Notes: a model not told the origin generated them from the letters alone. A DNA stretch of 64,000 nucleotides from Cyanobacteria bacterium P01_D01_bin.156 (GCA_039024555.1 JBCCQQ010000020.1:23645-87644), one strand, 5' to 3'. Positions 1 through 11,420 are shown, counted from the first letter of the stretch. Translations and numbers: made by a program.

Positions 1-1
1 T

Positions 2-1300
2 AACTATCCAATTTCCAAGCCTGATGCGTTTGAGTCCCTGAAATCTACCCGTACCGATGAGGTGCTTGATAACGCTTGGGGCGGTTGGATGGATGCTGGT
101 GACTGGGATCGACGGATCGAGCATCTGCAGGTTACCCATGCATTTCTGGAACTTATTGATTTGTATCCAGAGTATTTTGAAAGTATTGACTTAAATTTAC
201 CGGAGTCAGATAACAATTTACCTGACCTTATGGATGAGGCCCTGTGGGGACTAGATGTATTTCGTCGCCTTCAGGCTGACCATGGTGGAGTGTCCGGTGG
301 AATTGAGTCAGCGGGGCACCCGCTACGTTTTGAAGGGAGTTGGCAAGAATCTCAAACTATCATGGCCTACGGTCCTGGTATTTGGTCGAGCTACTACTAT
401 GCTGGGGCTGCAGCGCGAGCGGCCTATGTTCTTGAAAAATATGATGCGAATCGGGCGAAGACTTATCGAGAGACGGCATTGCGGGCCATGGTTTGGGCTA
501 ATAATGAACTCGCTAAAGACCCTGAAGGCCGTTACCCTGAGATTTACGATCAGCGTAATTTAGCAGCTATAGAGCTTTATCGTCTGACGGAAGATCAAAA
601 ATGGCATGATTTGTTCCTGCAAACAACAGTCTTTACTGATGCGAGTAAGGACATGCTTCAATGGCCGGACTATAATCAGCAGGAGGCTGCTTTTGTATAT
701 GGTCGCCTACCTGAGGAAAAGGTGAATCCTGAGGTTCAGAAAAATGCAGTTGCTGCGTTGGTGAGAAAAGCTAATAGAGAGATCGAAGCAATTGGACAGG
801 CGGGCTTTAGATGGAATGTGGAGCCCTATCGGTATCTTGGCTGGGGGGACTTAGGCACGCCCAAAACTCATAATCTTTTCCGTGCTCATACCCTAACGGG
901 AGATAAAAAGTATTTAGAGGCTGGGGTTCTAGCAAGTCAGTTTTCTGCCGGGGCTAACCCAGATAACATTGTTTATACCATCGGACTGGGCCATGAGAGT
1001 CCTAATATGCCTCTTTTGGGTGATATGCGTGCTGTTGGACAAGAGCCACCGCCTGGAATAACAGTTTATGGCCCAATCGATGTACAAATAAAAGATGGGT
1101 ATACCAAAAATTTTGGCTGGGCTTTAGACATGATGAATGATGTTACCCATCCCATCGGTCGAGAATGGCCGACTACTGAGGCTTATTTTGACAACTTTTA
1201 CTATGTACCCACAACAGAATTTACAGTACATCAATCCATTGGGCCAACAGCCTACACCTGGGGTTATTTAGCGGCTCTACATCAAGCGAAAAAAGAGTAG
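2..1300 (+). CDS. Glycoside hydrolase family 9 protein (5'-truncated by window edge)
   Basis: GGWMDAGDWD matches the GH9 GGWxDAGD motif; LPDLMDEALWGLD and C-terminal ...TTEFTV... are typical of the GH9 (alpha/alpha)6 barrel; the frame is open from position 2. Confidence 0.8.
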   Translation, partial: NYPISKPDAFESLKSTRTDEVLDNAWGGWMDAGDWDRRIEHLQVTHAFLELIDLYPEYFESIDLNLPESDNNLPDLMDEALWGLDVFRRLQADHGGVSGGIESAGHPLRFEGSWQESQTIMAYGPGIWSSYYYAGAAARAAYVLEKYDANRAKTYRETALRAMVWANNELAKDPEGRYPEIYDQRNLAAIELYRLTEDQKWHDLFLQTTVFTDASKDMLQWPDYNQQEAAFVYGRLPEEKVNPEVQKNAVAALVRKANREIEAIGQAGFRWNVEPYRYLGWGDLGTPKTHNLFRAHTLTGDKKYLEAGVLASQFSAGANPDNIVYTIGLGHESPNMPLLGDMRAVGQEPPPGITVYGPIDVQIKDGYTKNFGWALDMMNDVTHPIGREWPTTEAYFDNFYYVPTTEFTVHQSIGPTAYTWGYLAALHQAKKE

Positions 1301-1384
1301 CTAGTGCATCTTCAATCTTCATCTGCCAACTCTCTGAGTGTTGTTAACGTCACTCGCCAAGTCTAATCTCCCCCCGAGAGACCT

Positions 1385-1760
1385 CAGATAATATCAAGAC
1401 ATTGGTGGCCAGAATAAATCGGTCTTCTCTACGTCGTTACAGAGCGTCTACCTCAGAATTGAGGCCCAGGGTTGCCTAAACGTGATAGCCCACGGAGGTC
1501 GGTTTGGCAGTTTTGGCTGGTTATCTGGGGTGATTATGGTGAGACTATTCTACGATTCGAGAGTCGACGATGAGATGATAGTTTAAGGTTTTTTCAAACT
1601 GCTTAATGCATGTTGGGCATCCGCTTCAAACTCAAACGGCTGACGACTAAGCCGATCTAATTCGGTTTGTTTTCGTTGGGTTGCGTTGGCGAACCGTTTC
1701 TCCCATTGTTTTAAGTCTGAGACCTGATGTTGAATCGATTCGGCCACAACCCGCCGTTAT
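1385..1760 (-). pseudogene. Degenerate IS1634-family-like transposase fragment
   Basis: Manual minus-strand translation gives RRVVAES..SDLKQWEKRF..ELDRLSRQPFEFEADAQHAL, a frameshift, then FEKTLNYH..GYHV*ATL..RRREDRFILATNVL with several in-frame stops; RFILATN and F.CEADA-like motifs are characteristic of cyanobacterial IS1634 transposases. Confidence 0.7.
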
Positions 1761-1905
1761 CTAGTGAGGTATATGCTTCAAGGTGAACAGCCTGTCGGGC
1801 AATGATTCTGCTACACCTCATTTGCATAGAAATCGCTGTAGAGTATATTTCACCTCACTAGACCAGGAAACACCATATTTGGATAAAGTCGAGTTCAAAT
1901 AAAAT

Positions 1906-2655
1906 CTAAACAGAATATCCAAAGTGTTCCATATCCTCTTTATACTTATCTGCAAGAAAGTTAATATCATCCAAGCTAAAGTACTTACGCCATTCCTTAT
2001 ATTTTCGCTTTGATTTATTAGAATGTGGCAATGGTGTGTCTATCCCAATTTTACTAGAAACAAATTGCCAGTTGGTTGAAATATCTTCCAGACGACCAAC
2101 GTAATCTACCAGAAGACAATTGTCTATTTCATTAGACAATTGAGCAAATTGAGACATCGTTCCATAGGATTTCCACACGCTATCGGAATGAATAAAATCC
2201 GCAATACTATTCGACTTTAAGCAAGCGACTATACCAGGCCATCTGAAAGCATCGTACAGTCGAGGGATCTGAGTTAAAGGCTCTGGCACAGGACGAATCT
2301 GATCTAAGAAGTACATCAGTCGGATTGCGGACCCACGATACTTACCCAGGTAATGAGTTTTCAAATATGCATAGTAAGAAACTAGGCGATCGATCGGATG
2401 CCTAACAATAGAAAATGTAAAATACTGCTCCCACAACTCATCCCCAATCATTTTTTTGATGTCGGAAGCAGATGAATGTTTATAGATACCAAATTGCTTG
2501 CGGTAAGAGTTCTGAATCATTTCACCGTAAGGAGTACTCCCTAAAATGACATCATTCCAACGTATGTCTTTAGATAGAGCACGCTCAACACTAGTACCAC
2601 CACATTTGTGCAGATGGACAAACACAAACTTTTTACTATTAGAAATAAAAGTCAT
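1906..2655 (-). CDS. Sulfotransferase family 2 protein
   Basis: FVHLHKCGGTS (5'-PSB), SIVRHPIDRLVSYY (3'-PB), DYVGRLEDI, YKEDMEHFGY. Confidence 0.85.
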   Translation of the reverse strand: MTFISNSKKFVFVHLHKCGGTSVERALSKDIRWNDVILGSTPYGEMIQNSYRKQFGIYKHSSASDIKKMIGDELWEQYFTFSIVRHPIDRLVSYYAYLKTHYLGKYRGSAIRLMYFLDQIRPVPEPLTQIPRLYDAFRWPGIVACLKSNSIADFIHSDSVWKSYGTMSQFAQLSNEIDNCLLVDYVGRLEDISTNWQFVSSKIGIDTPLPHSNKSKRKYKEWRKYFSLDDINFLADKYKEDMEHFGYSV

Positions 2656-2854
2656 TTTAGAAAATCCAATACGAAGAAATGCCGACTTTATATATGTAAC
2701 TGTTCTGACTTAACTGAAGTTAAGTATTAGTCTGCTAATCCAAACAAAGAATATGTTCAATTTATTTCAGCTAAAAATACCAAATAATCGTACAAACCAT
2801 GACCTAAAGCAGAATGTACACTGCAAAGATACTTACTTAGCGAATTCCAGATAC

Positions 2855-3853
2855 TCAGAATCCCTTTGCAACATTCATAGCAGCCTGCTCTATCTGAACA
2901 TATACCTTCATCGGTACTAGATAGAGAAAATAAGCTGCGCCCATAGTAACCAGAGTTTTCCCCGGTTCTTCTAATAAAATTCGGAGGTCGGTTGCTAAAG
3001 AGCGATGCAGCATTTTAACTGCCAAAGAACCATCTCGCATACTTACAGCTCGTCGAGCAATGTATCTCTGGAAGTAGGCTTTAGCTAAGCTTACAACATC
3101 AGCAAATATCTCTGGATAGGCTTTACCGTACTTATCGATAATTTTTTCTAGATACTCATATTGAAGCAGGACACTGGCCGATAAACCGCCAGGGTTTACT
3201 CGGTAAAGTGTTAAGCATTCTGGGATGCCTTCACACCCCCATTGGGTTTCTAACGCTATGCGTAACCAGCATTCAACATCTTCAGCACGTTTAAAGCTCT
3301 CATCAAAATAAAAGACTTCTTCTGTGCCATAGAGATTTGCCTTAAACTCAATATCCTTGAAAACTTCTCGCTTGAATACAGGCGTTGAACCATTACCAAT
3401 TGGATTGCGCCGAAGAATATAAGGCGGTGTAATATCTTTGATTTTTGTTGGAATCTGCCTTACACCCATTAATTCATCGTCTTCGTCAATAAGCTCAGAG
3501 TAGCTAAAGCTGATACCGATTTTAGGATTTGTTTCTAAGTGTTCGACATGCTTTTCTATTTTATCAATCGCCCACAAGTCATCAGCATCAATCAGCGCGA
3601 TATAGTCACCTGTAGAGTGCCGAATTCCAGTATTGCGGGCACCTGCTAAACCTCGATTTGACTGTTGAATAATTTTGATCCTTGGATCTTCAAACTGGCG
3701 GCAAACATCAATACTTTCATCGGGTGAACCGTCATCAACGATGATGACTTCTAGCTCTTTATAGGTTTGCTGCAAAACTGAACGTATCGTTCTCGCTACA
3801 TAATCCTTAGCTTTATAGACTGGGATTATAACAGACACCAACTTTCTTTTCAT
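2855..3853 (-). CDS. Glycosyltransferase family 2
   Basis: VSVIIPVY, VDDGSPD, NRGLAGARN, IDADD. Confidence 0.9.
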   Translation of the reverse strand: MKRKLVSVIIPVYKAKDYVARTIRSVLQQTYKELEVIIVDDGSPDESIDVCRQFEDPRIKIIQQSNRGLAGARNTGIRHSTGDYIALIDADDLWAIDKIEKHVEHLETNPKIGISFSYSELIDEDDELMGVRQIPTKIKDITPPYILRRNPIGNGSTPVFKREVFKDIEFKANLYGTEEVFYFDESFKRAEDVECWLRIALETQWGCEGIPECLTLYRVNPGGLSASVLLQYEYLEKIIDKYGKAYPEIFADVVSLAKAYFQRYIARRAVSMRDGSLAVKMLHRSLATDLRILLEEPGKTLVTMGAAYFLYLVPMKVYVQIEQAAMNVAKGF

Positions 3854-4398
3854 TAACAGTCTTCCACGCTTTAAGAGGCAATCATCTACTTAAACCATAC
3901 ATTTTTGAAGGAAGCTTTCAGATGAAAGCCTAATATTCAAATAAAGAATTTCATGATGAGAATTATAAAATCAAGGATAATTTATATCGAGATTAGGACT
4001 AATCCCTAATGTCTATGTTCGTGAGCCTTGCAGCCTAGAGAAGACGATAATAAAGGGTAAATTTACCAAACTTTCTGAGATCTTACCTGAAGGTTTCTTA
4101 GATCAAGATCAAACTATAGGCCTAACTCAGTATTCACATCTATGACACCTGAACAGGCATATCAGGTTGAATTTTATGCGTTGATTTGTTCTCTCTCAGA
4201 CCATGTGCATAATATTTGGATAAAAGACAATGAGACGTCCTTTGTCACGAAACAAGTTGACATAGTGAACAGTGAATAAAAGCACAGTGTTCAAAGCCAC
4301 CTGAGACCTTAGCATATTTTATGGGTATGCCCCCTCGCCAAGCTCCCGCACAGGGTGGGAACGGACTTAAATTAGCGACAAAAACGGACTTAAATTAA

Positions 4399-5409
4399 TC
4401 AAGCACTTTGCGCTACGTCACATGCCTTTAGTGCTAACTGAAAACCATCTCCTGCAGTCTTTGCTCTGACAAAATGCTTACAAAGCAGAAAGATACGGTT
4501 TATGAAATTAACATGCTTAAAATCATGTTCAGTATACATGATGTTGAGAAGCTGATGCTCTAAGATTCTAGTATTTTCATCATTGTAGCTTGCAATTATT
4601 TTTGCCTTTTGAATCAGCTCTGAGCCGTGCCGATCCAAAAGGTAGCGTAGTATAGCCTGAGTGGCTTTATTGCATTTTGAGGGCGTAGCTAAACGGCCTG
4701 GCAATCTGCTACCGCGTCCCACTGATTTATAATCCCTAATAACAGTATATACGCTACCAATACGAGCATCAAAATAGATAGGTTCAACGACCTTTAAACC
4801 TCTAAATATTTCTTGATACCAGCCATCCTGAACAGGAAAATCTCCAAGAGCAAAATCTGTTTTGATATTTTCTGTATCCCAAAAAAGACCTCCGTTAGAA
4901 AGGCCTTCGCAGAAAAACATAGCAGCATGAACCTCTATCGGGCTGTAAACTCCTTGTTTGAACCATTTACCTCTTGTCGTTTCTCCAGTTGCCTGAGAAA
5001 TACCGTTATCATCGTCATACCTAATCTCTTGATTCCTCAAAATAATATTGATATTTTCTTTTTGAAGTGTTTCTATGTTCTCCTTAATCATATTAGGGTA
5101 TACATAATTATTATCTTCAATAGAAAATGCATATTTCCCACCCAACATACTTTTTGCCTGCAGGGAAAGATCAATATTCTTAGGCCCACCAATGTTTTTA
5201 GGATGTGGCTGATAGATAATCCTATCATCATGCAAATCGCTCACAACATCCTTCGCTTCCTGCTCAGGAGAATTATCAAAAACAATTGCCTTCCAACAAG
5301 GGTAGGTTTGATCTTTCAGGCTCTCTAGCACTCTTCTCAGAGTTTTTGGTCGCTTATAGGTTGGTATTCTAACTTCACAAATAGGTAAAGTGTTGCTCTG
5401 GGAATTCAT
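4399..5409 (-). CDS. Glycosyltransferase family 2 (divergent)
   Basis: EVRIPTYKRP, VFDNS, NIGGPKN, IEDNN in place of DxD; ATG at 5409 preferred over the upstream GTG at 5481. Confidence 0.75.
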   Translation of the reverse strand: MNSQSNTLPICEVRIPTYKRPKTLRRVLESLKDQTYPCWKAIVFDNSPEQEAKDVVSDLHDDRIIYQPHPKNIGGPKNIDLSLQAKSMLGGKYAFSIEDNNYVYPNMIKENIETLQKENINIILRNQEIRYDDDNGISQATGETTRGKWFKQGVYSPIEVHAAMFFCEGLSNGGLFWDTENIKTDFALGDFPVQDGWYQEIFRGLKVVEPIYFDARIGSVYTVIRDYKSVGRGSRLPGRLATPSKCNKATQAILRYLLDRHGSELIQKAKIIASYNDENTRILEHQLLNIMYTEHDFKHVNFINRIFLLCKHFVRAKTAGDGFQLALKACDVAQSA

Positions 5410-6565
5410 ATCTATTTGAATTTGAAGGTAAATAGTTTGAAAATAGTTTCTAGAGACTCTAAAACTATCAGGAGAAATCACACAATTCTCAATTTTGATA
5501 TGGTCAACTACACTAGCGAGTATATTTTGCTTCTGAATGTGCTAACGATGGAACTTCTAAAGCGTTAGGCAAGTTACACTAACTTTCACATACTTGTTGT
5601 ATTTTTCTTTTCACCCACATCCCTTATTACAAGTCGATATTACGTTTGCAGCAAAAATTTTAGAAAGTTTGCAAATCCTTAAAGATGGTCAACTTTTATC
5701 GAGAAAAGATTATCGCTTTGTCGCCAAGATATGCACACCAAAAAATGCTATTTAATTAGTAATTAGATAATTATAAATAACTTTGGAGATAAATCGTTAA
5801 AGCATTTATCTAACCCAATTCACAATACTGAACAGGCTTTGTCACATATTGATCTTGACGGTGAATTACCAAGAATATATTGCACAATGATTTTCTGTAA
5901 GAACCAGTCCCTAAAATAGCTACAAAGAAAGAACAGATTTTTTATCAAGAGAGATACGGACTAAAAGTTCAAACTACTTTGATAGGATATCTTAATGGAC
6001 TTCACTAGAGATGAAACCGCTATAAATTTTCAAATGAATGCTACCAGAACTGCAAAACCAATTAAATTAACTTGAGCTTCAGCAGCACTTTAAATATTCC
6101 TGCATAAAACATTGAGCCGTCTAGATTTACATCTATTGACTTGATAGCTCCTGTTTACCTTCAGCATTTGCAGAGACGCTATATCTTCTAACTGCGTTTG
6201 TTTTAGCCATCTTTCCATAGGTAAAAGTTTTTATAGTAATAAGATTCCCATCAGATGTCATAGACTCAATATTGGCATATAGGTTTCCTTCGTTAACCAG
6301 ATCAATTTATTAGCTACTTTAAGGTCTCATTTATTGAACTCCTTCTCTAAAAGCAAAATATTTTAGAAACTAATTAAAATAATCTATTCGAGCATTCTAA
6401 CTATTCGAAGCAACAGAATAGTTGTTTAATCTTGACATAATCGAGTACATCCTAGTCTTATAACCTTGAGCTTATGAAAGGTTTTACAGTCTCATATCTT
6501 CAAATATGCTCAGGCTTAAGAACTTACACTTGTCGCAAAATTGGGATGCACCTGGCACAGCCTTA

Positions 6566-7840
6566 CTAAGCATTTCTCATTTTCTCTAAGTGGTTAGCAA
6601 CAATCGGAACAGGTGATAGGGAAGCCCAAATATAAAAGATCCAAGTGTCAAGTTGAAATAAATTACTCTCCGTTAAGTTGCTAAGAATCAAAAAAATAAC
6701 AACAAGCACGGGGAAAATAGCATAGTTTTCTTTCGTTAGACGAACCATTTGTAAAGATCTGATTGCAGCAATCAAAAAACTAGATATGAATAGAATTCCA
6801 CCAATCCATCCTACAGATAGAAAAAGTTCAAAAAAGCCATTATGCGCATTAGGAACAGCCCAACCTGCTACATCTCTAACGTAATCAGCTGGTCCTCCCA
6901 CTGGCCCCCAAAAACCCTTATATCCATACCCAAGTAATGGTTTTTGCGAAATCATGTGCCATAAGGCAGGCCAAATTTCATCGCGTCCTGTTAAATCACT
7001 GCCCTTGCCAAAAAGTCCAAAAAAGGCATCAGCATTTGTCTGTATAAATAAAGAAAAACTACCTGCAATCAGAAGAATAAAACTAATTGCAATCACCATA
7101 GAACGATAACTGAGCTTTAAGATATTGCAAATAAGAAAGCTGACAATCATAACCATGGTGGTTAGTATGCCGTTAGTAGAACCGGCCGCCAACACCAGAA
7201 AAATAGACAAGCACATACTAAGTCGCGTTAATAACACAGTTTTCCCCTTAAATAGATTGGAATACTGAGCTACTAAAAGAATGCCAGTGGTTAAAGCCAT
7301 CTGTGAGCCTAATTTATTTTTGTGCGTGTATACTCCCCGCCATGCTCCTGTATGCGGGGGCGCATGCATTATTCCATATTTTGGGAGTAACAAGCCAAAG
7401 ACAAAACATAGAAAAACATTTATGCAAAGTGCAATGACTAAAAATCGCAATTGTTGCTTAATAGAAAAACCGACAGAGAAGAGAACTGCAAGCTCACTCA
7501 CACCTATGAGGAGAATACTACGTCGCAGAGATATATTTGGATAACCTGACCATAAGTGTGAGAGAAAAATAATCAACATTAATCCTACGATCAAGACAAA
7601 TTGAAGGTTGGATTTTAGCCGACTGGCTATAAGTTTCCATCTGAATAAAACAATGCTAGAGCATAGAGCGAATATCATCATGCTGAAGAGTGGAAGAATA
7701 GGACTACTCTGGCGATAAGTCACATCTACTAACTGCCCACCTCCAGCTCCATTTACAAGTAAATTGATAGGGTTACCGATAAAAAACCATAGTGCAATAC
7801 ATACAAAAGCACATTCTAAATATCTTGGTACTCGAAGCAT
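6566..7840 (-). CDS. wzy: Wzy-type polymerase / O-antigen ligase family protein
   Basis: Multi-TM protein with WRGVYTHKN, LTGRDEIW, PLLGYGY and AHNGF motifs, located within the wza/wzc/wzx cluster. Confidence 0.8.
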   Translation of the reverse strand: MLRVPRYLECAFVCIALWFFIGNPINLLVNGAGGGQLVDVTYRQSSPILPLFSMMIFALCSSIVLFRWKLIASRLKSNLQFVLIVGLMLIIFLSHLWSGYPNISLRRSILLIGVSELAVLFSVGFSIKQQLRFLVIALCINVFLCFVFGLLLPKYGIMHAPPHTGAWRGVYTHKNKLGSQMALTTGILLVAQYSNLFKGKTVLLTRLSMCLSIFLVLAAGSTNGILTTMVMIVSFLICNILKLSYRSMVIAISFILLIAGSFSLFIQTNADAFFGLFGKGSDLTGRDEIWPALWHMISQKPLLGYGYKGFWGPVGGPADYVRDVAGWAVPNAHNGFFELFLSVGWIGGILFISSFLIAAIRSLQMVRLTKENYAIFPVLVVIFLILSNLTESNLFQLDTWIFYIWASLSPVPIVANHLEKMRNA

Positions 7841-7895
7841 ATACTCAGGTATTTTTAATCAAAAGAATGTCTACTTTAAATATTCTAGATAAGAG

Positions 7896-8837
7896 CTAAA
7901 TACTAAACCTCAAAACACTAAATAACAGAAACCTAATATATAGGATTATGACCAATGCAACCGTTTTCGGCTGTTTATACAAACTCTTCCAACTCTTGAA
8001 TAATGCTCGATTTATAAGATGAATGCCTAGCGATGGTGACATTTTCAGACGAAGTGTTTGTCTTGCCCAATATTGTAAATGAGCAGCATGCGCTGCACAG
8101 TAATGCTCTTTAACTAAATGAGGAGCCGTTTTGCGTGCTTTCTCCATTAAGTCAATCCAGCCGTCTTCCATTTTTTCAAGCTTTGATGACAAACCAGAAT
8201 CGTGCGAACGATATTTAACGAGTACTTGATCTATCCCTACAATTTTCCATTTTTTTTTCAAGGCGATTCTAAAAAGAAGATCTATATCTTCAGAATAGTG
8301 AATTTTTTTATCAAATCCATCTATCTCTTTAAAGATAGATTTTCTAAGGACAATATTTGATGTTGTAACAGTCGGATTAGTATAAAAAAAAGTCTGAGGT
8401 TGAATGTTATCAGTAATATTATTGGTAAATTTACCAGTAGTTCTTCCATCAAAATCCATTAATTCAACTCTGGCAAAGCTTACGCCTATATCCTGATCTA
8501 TGTTCATGTAGTTAACATGAACTGATAGTTTATCCTTGAACCATATATCATCTGAGTCTAGAAATGCGACAAGTTCCGCTTTTGCCAGATCAACGCCTAA
8601 GTTACGCGCAGCAGAAACACCACTATTCTCCTGATTGACGAGGCGAATTCGCGCGTCTAACTGACAATATTTTTCGACAACCGCTGTAGTCTCATCGGTT
8701 GAGCCATCATTGATCACAATCAGCTCCCAGTCTTGATAGGTTTGTTCGAGGACAGATCGAATTACTTCTGGTAGAAATTTGGCTGCATTATAAGCCGGAA
8801 TAACAACAGAAATAGACGGGTTAATTTCCATAGTCAT
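7896..8837 (-). CDS. Glycosyltransferase family 2
   Basis: SVVIPAYN, NDGSTD, GVSAARN, FLDSDD. Confidence 0.9.
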   Translation of the reverse strand: MTMEINPSISVVIPAYNAAKFLPEVIRSVLEQTYQDWELIVINDGSTDETTAVVEKYCQLDARIRLVNQENSGVSAARNLGVDLAKAELVAFLDSDDIWFKDKLSVHVNYMNIDQDIGVSFARVELMDFDGRTTGKFTNNITDNIQPQTFFYTNPTVTTSNIVLRKSIFKEIDGFDKKIHYSEDIDLLFRIALKKKWKIVGIDQVLVKYRSHDSGLSSKLEKMEDGWIDLMEKARKTAPHLVKEHYCAAHAAHLQYWARQTLRLKMSPSLGIHLINRALFKSWKSLYKQPKTVALVIILYIRFLLFSVLRFSI

Positions 8838-8887
8838 ACATTAAGAAAATCTAAGGGCCAAGTTGTTGATCTTATTTGATAAACCGA

Positions 8888-10156
8888 TCAAGAGACTAAG
8901 AACTTCTCTTCGCTGCTTGATAATAGAGATTTTGAAACAAACAGGGTAAATAGGGGTAGAAGCAATAAATGAATGGCTAAGACAACTGCGGCAACTACAA
9001 ATATATTGAATTGCGCAGCAATTACAATAGAAATAGCAAATGTTATTGTAAAAAAGATATTCCACTTCAAACCATCACTACCACGATCCATAGCGAGCAG
9101 GAGCTGTTCTGAAACTAGGGCAAATGGTCTAGGCAGAGCTGATAGGCAAATCATAATAAGAATGGGAATTGCTGGAATCCACTTCTCACTAAAAACAATA
9201 GGTACATAGATGGGAGCTAATGTGCTCTGTAACAAGACCAGGGGAAATATAATGGCGGCACAAGTTTTTAGACTCTGAATATAACTTTTTTTCAGTGCAG
9301 ATAAATTTTCTCGCGCTTCACACAGGTACGGAAACACAGAGTTTGAGAGCATGTTAATTGCTGTGAGACTTAACCCTAACCCTGCATTAAAGGCAAAAAA
9401 GTATAGCCCCAACTGGTCGACGCTGAACAATCGACCAATCAAGAGGTAGTCAATATTTGATCTGAGGTAGTTTAGCATTTCAATCCCCAATGGATATTTG
9501 GAAAAATGAAATATGGATTGCCACCTTTCAAAGGTAACTTTTCCACTAGGACGCCAGGAGTGATTTTTTCTGTACACGATTAGCCAGCAGACCTGGGCAC
9601 ACAAAAGCGCAGTGACGATGCTCCAAATGCCCATGCCCATCAGGGCCAATATGAATATAAGTGATTGATTGACAAACGCACTGAGGGCTGTTGCGATCGC
9701 GCCAATCTTCAATTTATTCTCTCGACGTAGCAGCGCATCCTGGACCGCATAAAATGGATTGAAGAGATATACAGCACTCAGAACAACAATCGGCAAAACC
9801 AATTTTTCATTTTCATAGAAAAGCGCAATGGGAAACGCCAACAAACACTGCAGCAAAGAAAAAGAACCACATAGAACCCAGTTGGTCCAATAAGCCGTAT
9901 TTGTTAAATCGTCAATCTCATCGTCACTGGCCTGTATTAATTTAGGTGCGATGCCACCTTTGTGGATAAATACATGCGCAAAATCAATCAATGCGAACAG
10001 AATCGCCATCAGCCCGTATTCTTCAGTGCTGAATTGACGACCTAAAACAACAACAATTGCAATCCGAATAACACGCCTAAAAATATGACTAGCAGTTAGC
10101 CAGCCCATATTTTTAACAAGTTTGTCAGAAAACAAGCGCTTAATTTTTTCTTGCAT
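8888..10156 (-). CDS. wzx: Wzx-type polysaccharide flippase
   Basis: Multi-TM PST/MOP pattern: EEYGLMA, NIDYLLIGR, LGLYFFAFNAG, VFSEKW. Confidence 0.85.
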   Translation of the reverse strand: MQEKIKRLFSDKLVKNMGWLTASHIFRRVIRIAIVVVLGRQFSTEEYGLMAILFALIDFAHVFIHKGGIAPKLIQASDDEIDDLTNTAYWTNWVLCGSFSLLQCLLAFPIALFYENEKLVLPIVVLSAVYLFNPFYAVQDALLRRENKLKIGAIATALSAFVNQSLIFILALMGMGIWSIVTALLCAQVCWLIVYRKNHSWRPSGKVTFERWQSIFHFSKYPLGIEMLNYLRSNIDYLLIGRLFSVDQLGLYFFAFNAGLGLSLTAINMLSNSVFPYLCEARENLSALKKSYIQSLKTCAAIIFPLVLLQSTLAPIYVPIVFSEKWIPAIPILIMICLSALPRPFALVSEQLLLAMDRGSDGLKWNIFFTITFAISIVIAAQFNIFVVAAVVLAIHLLLLPLFTLFVSKSLLSSSEEKFLVS

Positions 10157-10322
10157 TACAGAAATAAGATAGGTCTCTTGATGAGATTAGTTAGCTATAG
10201 AAATAATATTTAATGGGTTCTAAGCTGGTCAGAGATAGCTTAGAACATTGCTGTAAAGGTCAAGATATGACAGAGGACTCCATTTTCAGAAGTGATAAAC
10301 AGGGTCCTCTGTGAATCGTCAA

Positions 10323-11420
10323 TTATTCAAATACTCTCAGCAAAAAGTTTAACGGATTCACTAAACGAGCTGCTAAATCTAAAACCGATCCACCTGTTGT
10401 TTTAGGAACAACAATAACATCACCATCTTGCACCTGATAGGTATCAACTAAATTACGCAGATCGACTTCCTCTTGCACTACTTCACCTGTAGTGTCATCC
10501 ATGCGCACAAAAGCGACTTCCTTAAGTCTGGCATCATCGGTTGGACCACCTGCGATCGCAACTGCACTTGACAAAGAACTATTGGGCGGAACAGCAACTT
10601 CGCCAGGTCTTGTGACTTCCCCTACAACCCTCACCCGCACAGTATTGGGAGCCAAACTAGACGATGCGAGCAACCTAGTATCAACAAGTTCTTCGCCATC
10701 TGTTAAACGGGGAACAAAAACAAGATCACCATCGCGCAATAACACATCTTCTGGTAATGTGGCAGACCAGAGAGAATCCCACAGATTTACTTGCGTTCTT
10801 GAAGTCTCACCATTAGGCAATTCACGAATAATCGTAACATTTCGAATATCGGCTGTTCGACGAATTCCGCCTGCCTGCACTAATGCTTCACTAACGGATG
10901 GAGGAGCATAAGCAAAGTCATTATTATTATTACCGACAAAATTAGTTGTCTCTTGAAGCTCAAAAGGGCCTGGACGATAAACCTCTCCTGCAACATTGAT
11001 TAGAATAGGACGCAGGGCGTTTAGCGTAACGGTAACAGACGGATTAACTAGAATACGATTTAGAGTAGTAGTTAGCTCCTGGGTTAACTGCTCAGTGGTT
11101 TTTCCTGCAACAAAGATATTACCCACAATAGGTAACACGATCGAGCCATCCGGTAGAACTGATGTAGGCCCTGTATACTCTGGATAACCATAGACAGAAA
11201 TATCGATGCGATCTCCAGGACCTAACAAGTAGGACGATGAAATGCTACTTCTGTTCAGAGTCCTGGCATCGGAAGCGTTAACACCAAACGGTAGGTCAGG
11301 TTGCGTGGATGGAGGAAGCTCTCGTAATGATTGGGCGCTTACAGATTTAGGTATGACGCACACCAGTCCCAACATAATCGGCACTGTAGCGGCTAGTCGA
11401 CTGTAGTTAAGCTGAATCAT
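10323..11420 (-). CDS. wza: Polysaccharide export protein (Poly_export + SLBB domains)
   Basis: YLLGPGDRI, VLPDGSIVLP, VAGEVYRPG, VVGEVTRPG, DGDVIVVP. Confidence 0.9.
   Translation of the reverse strand: MIQLNYSRLAATVPIMLGLVCVIPKSVSAQSLRELPPSTQPDLPFGVNASDARTLNRSSISSSYLLGPGDRIDISVYGYPEYTGPTSVLPDGSIVLPIVGNIFVAGKTTEQLTQELTTTLNRILVNPSVTVTLNALRPILINVAGEVYRPGPFELQETTNFVGNNNNDFAYAPPSVSEALVQAGGIRRTADIRNVTIIRELPNGETSRTQVNLWDSLWSATLPEDVLLRDGDLVFVPRLTDGEELVDTRLLASSSLAPNTVRVRVVGEVTRPGEVAVPPNSSLSSAVAIAGGPTDDARLKEVAFVRMDDTTGEVVQEEVDLRNLVDTYQVQDGDVIVVPKTTGGSVLDLAARLVNPLNFLLRVFE

Noticed and set aside
4813..5328. 171-aa plus-strand ORF
   Set aside because: Antisense shadow of the GT2 gene, like the many other overlapping opposite-strand ORFs in the track
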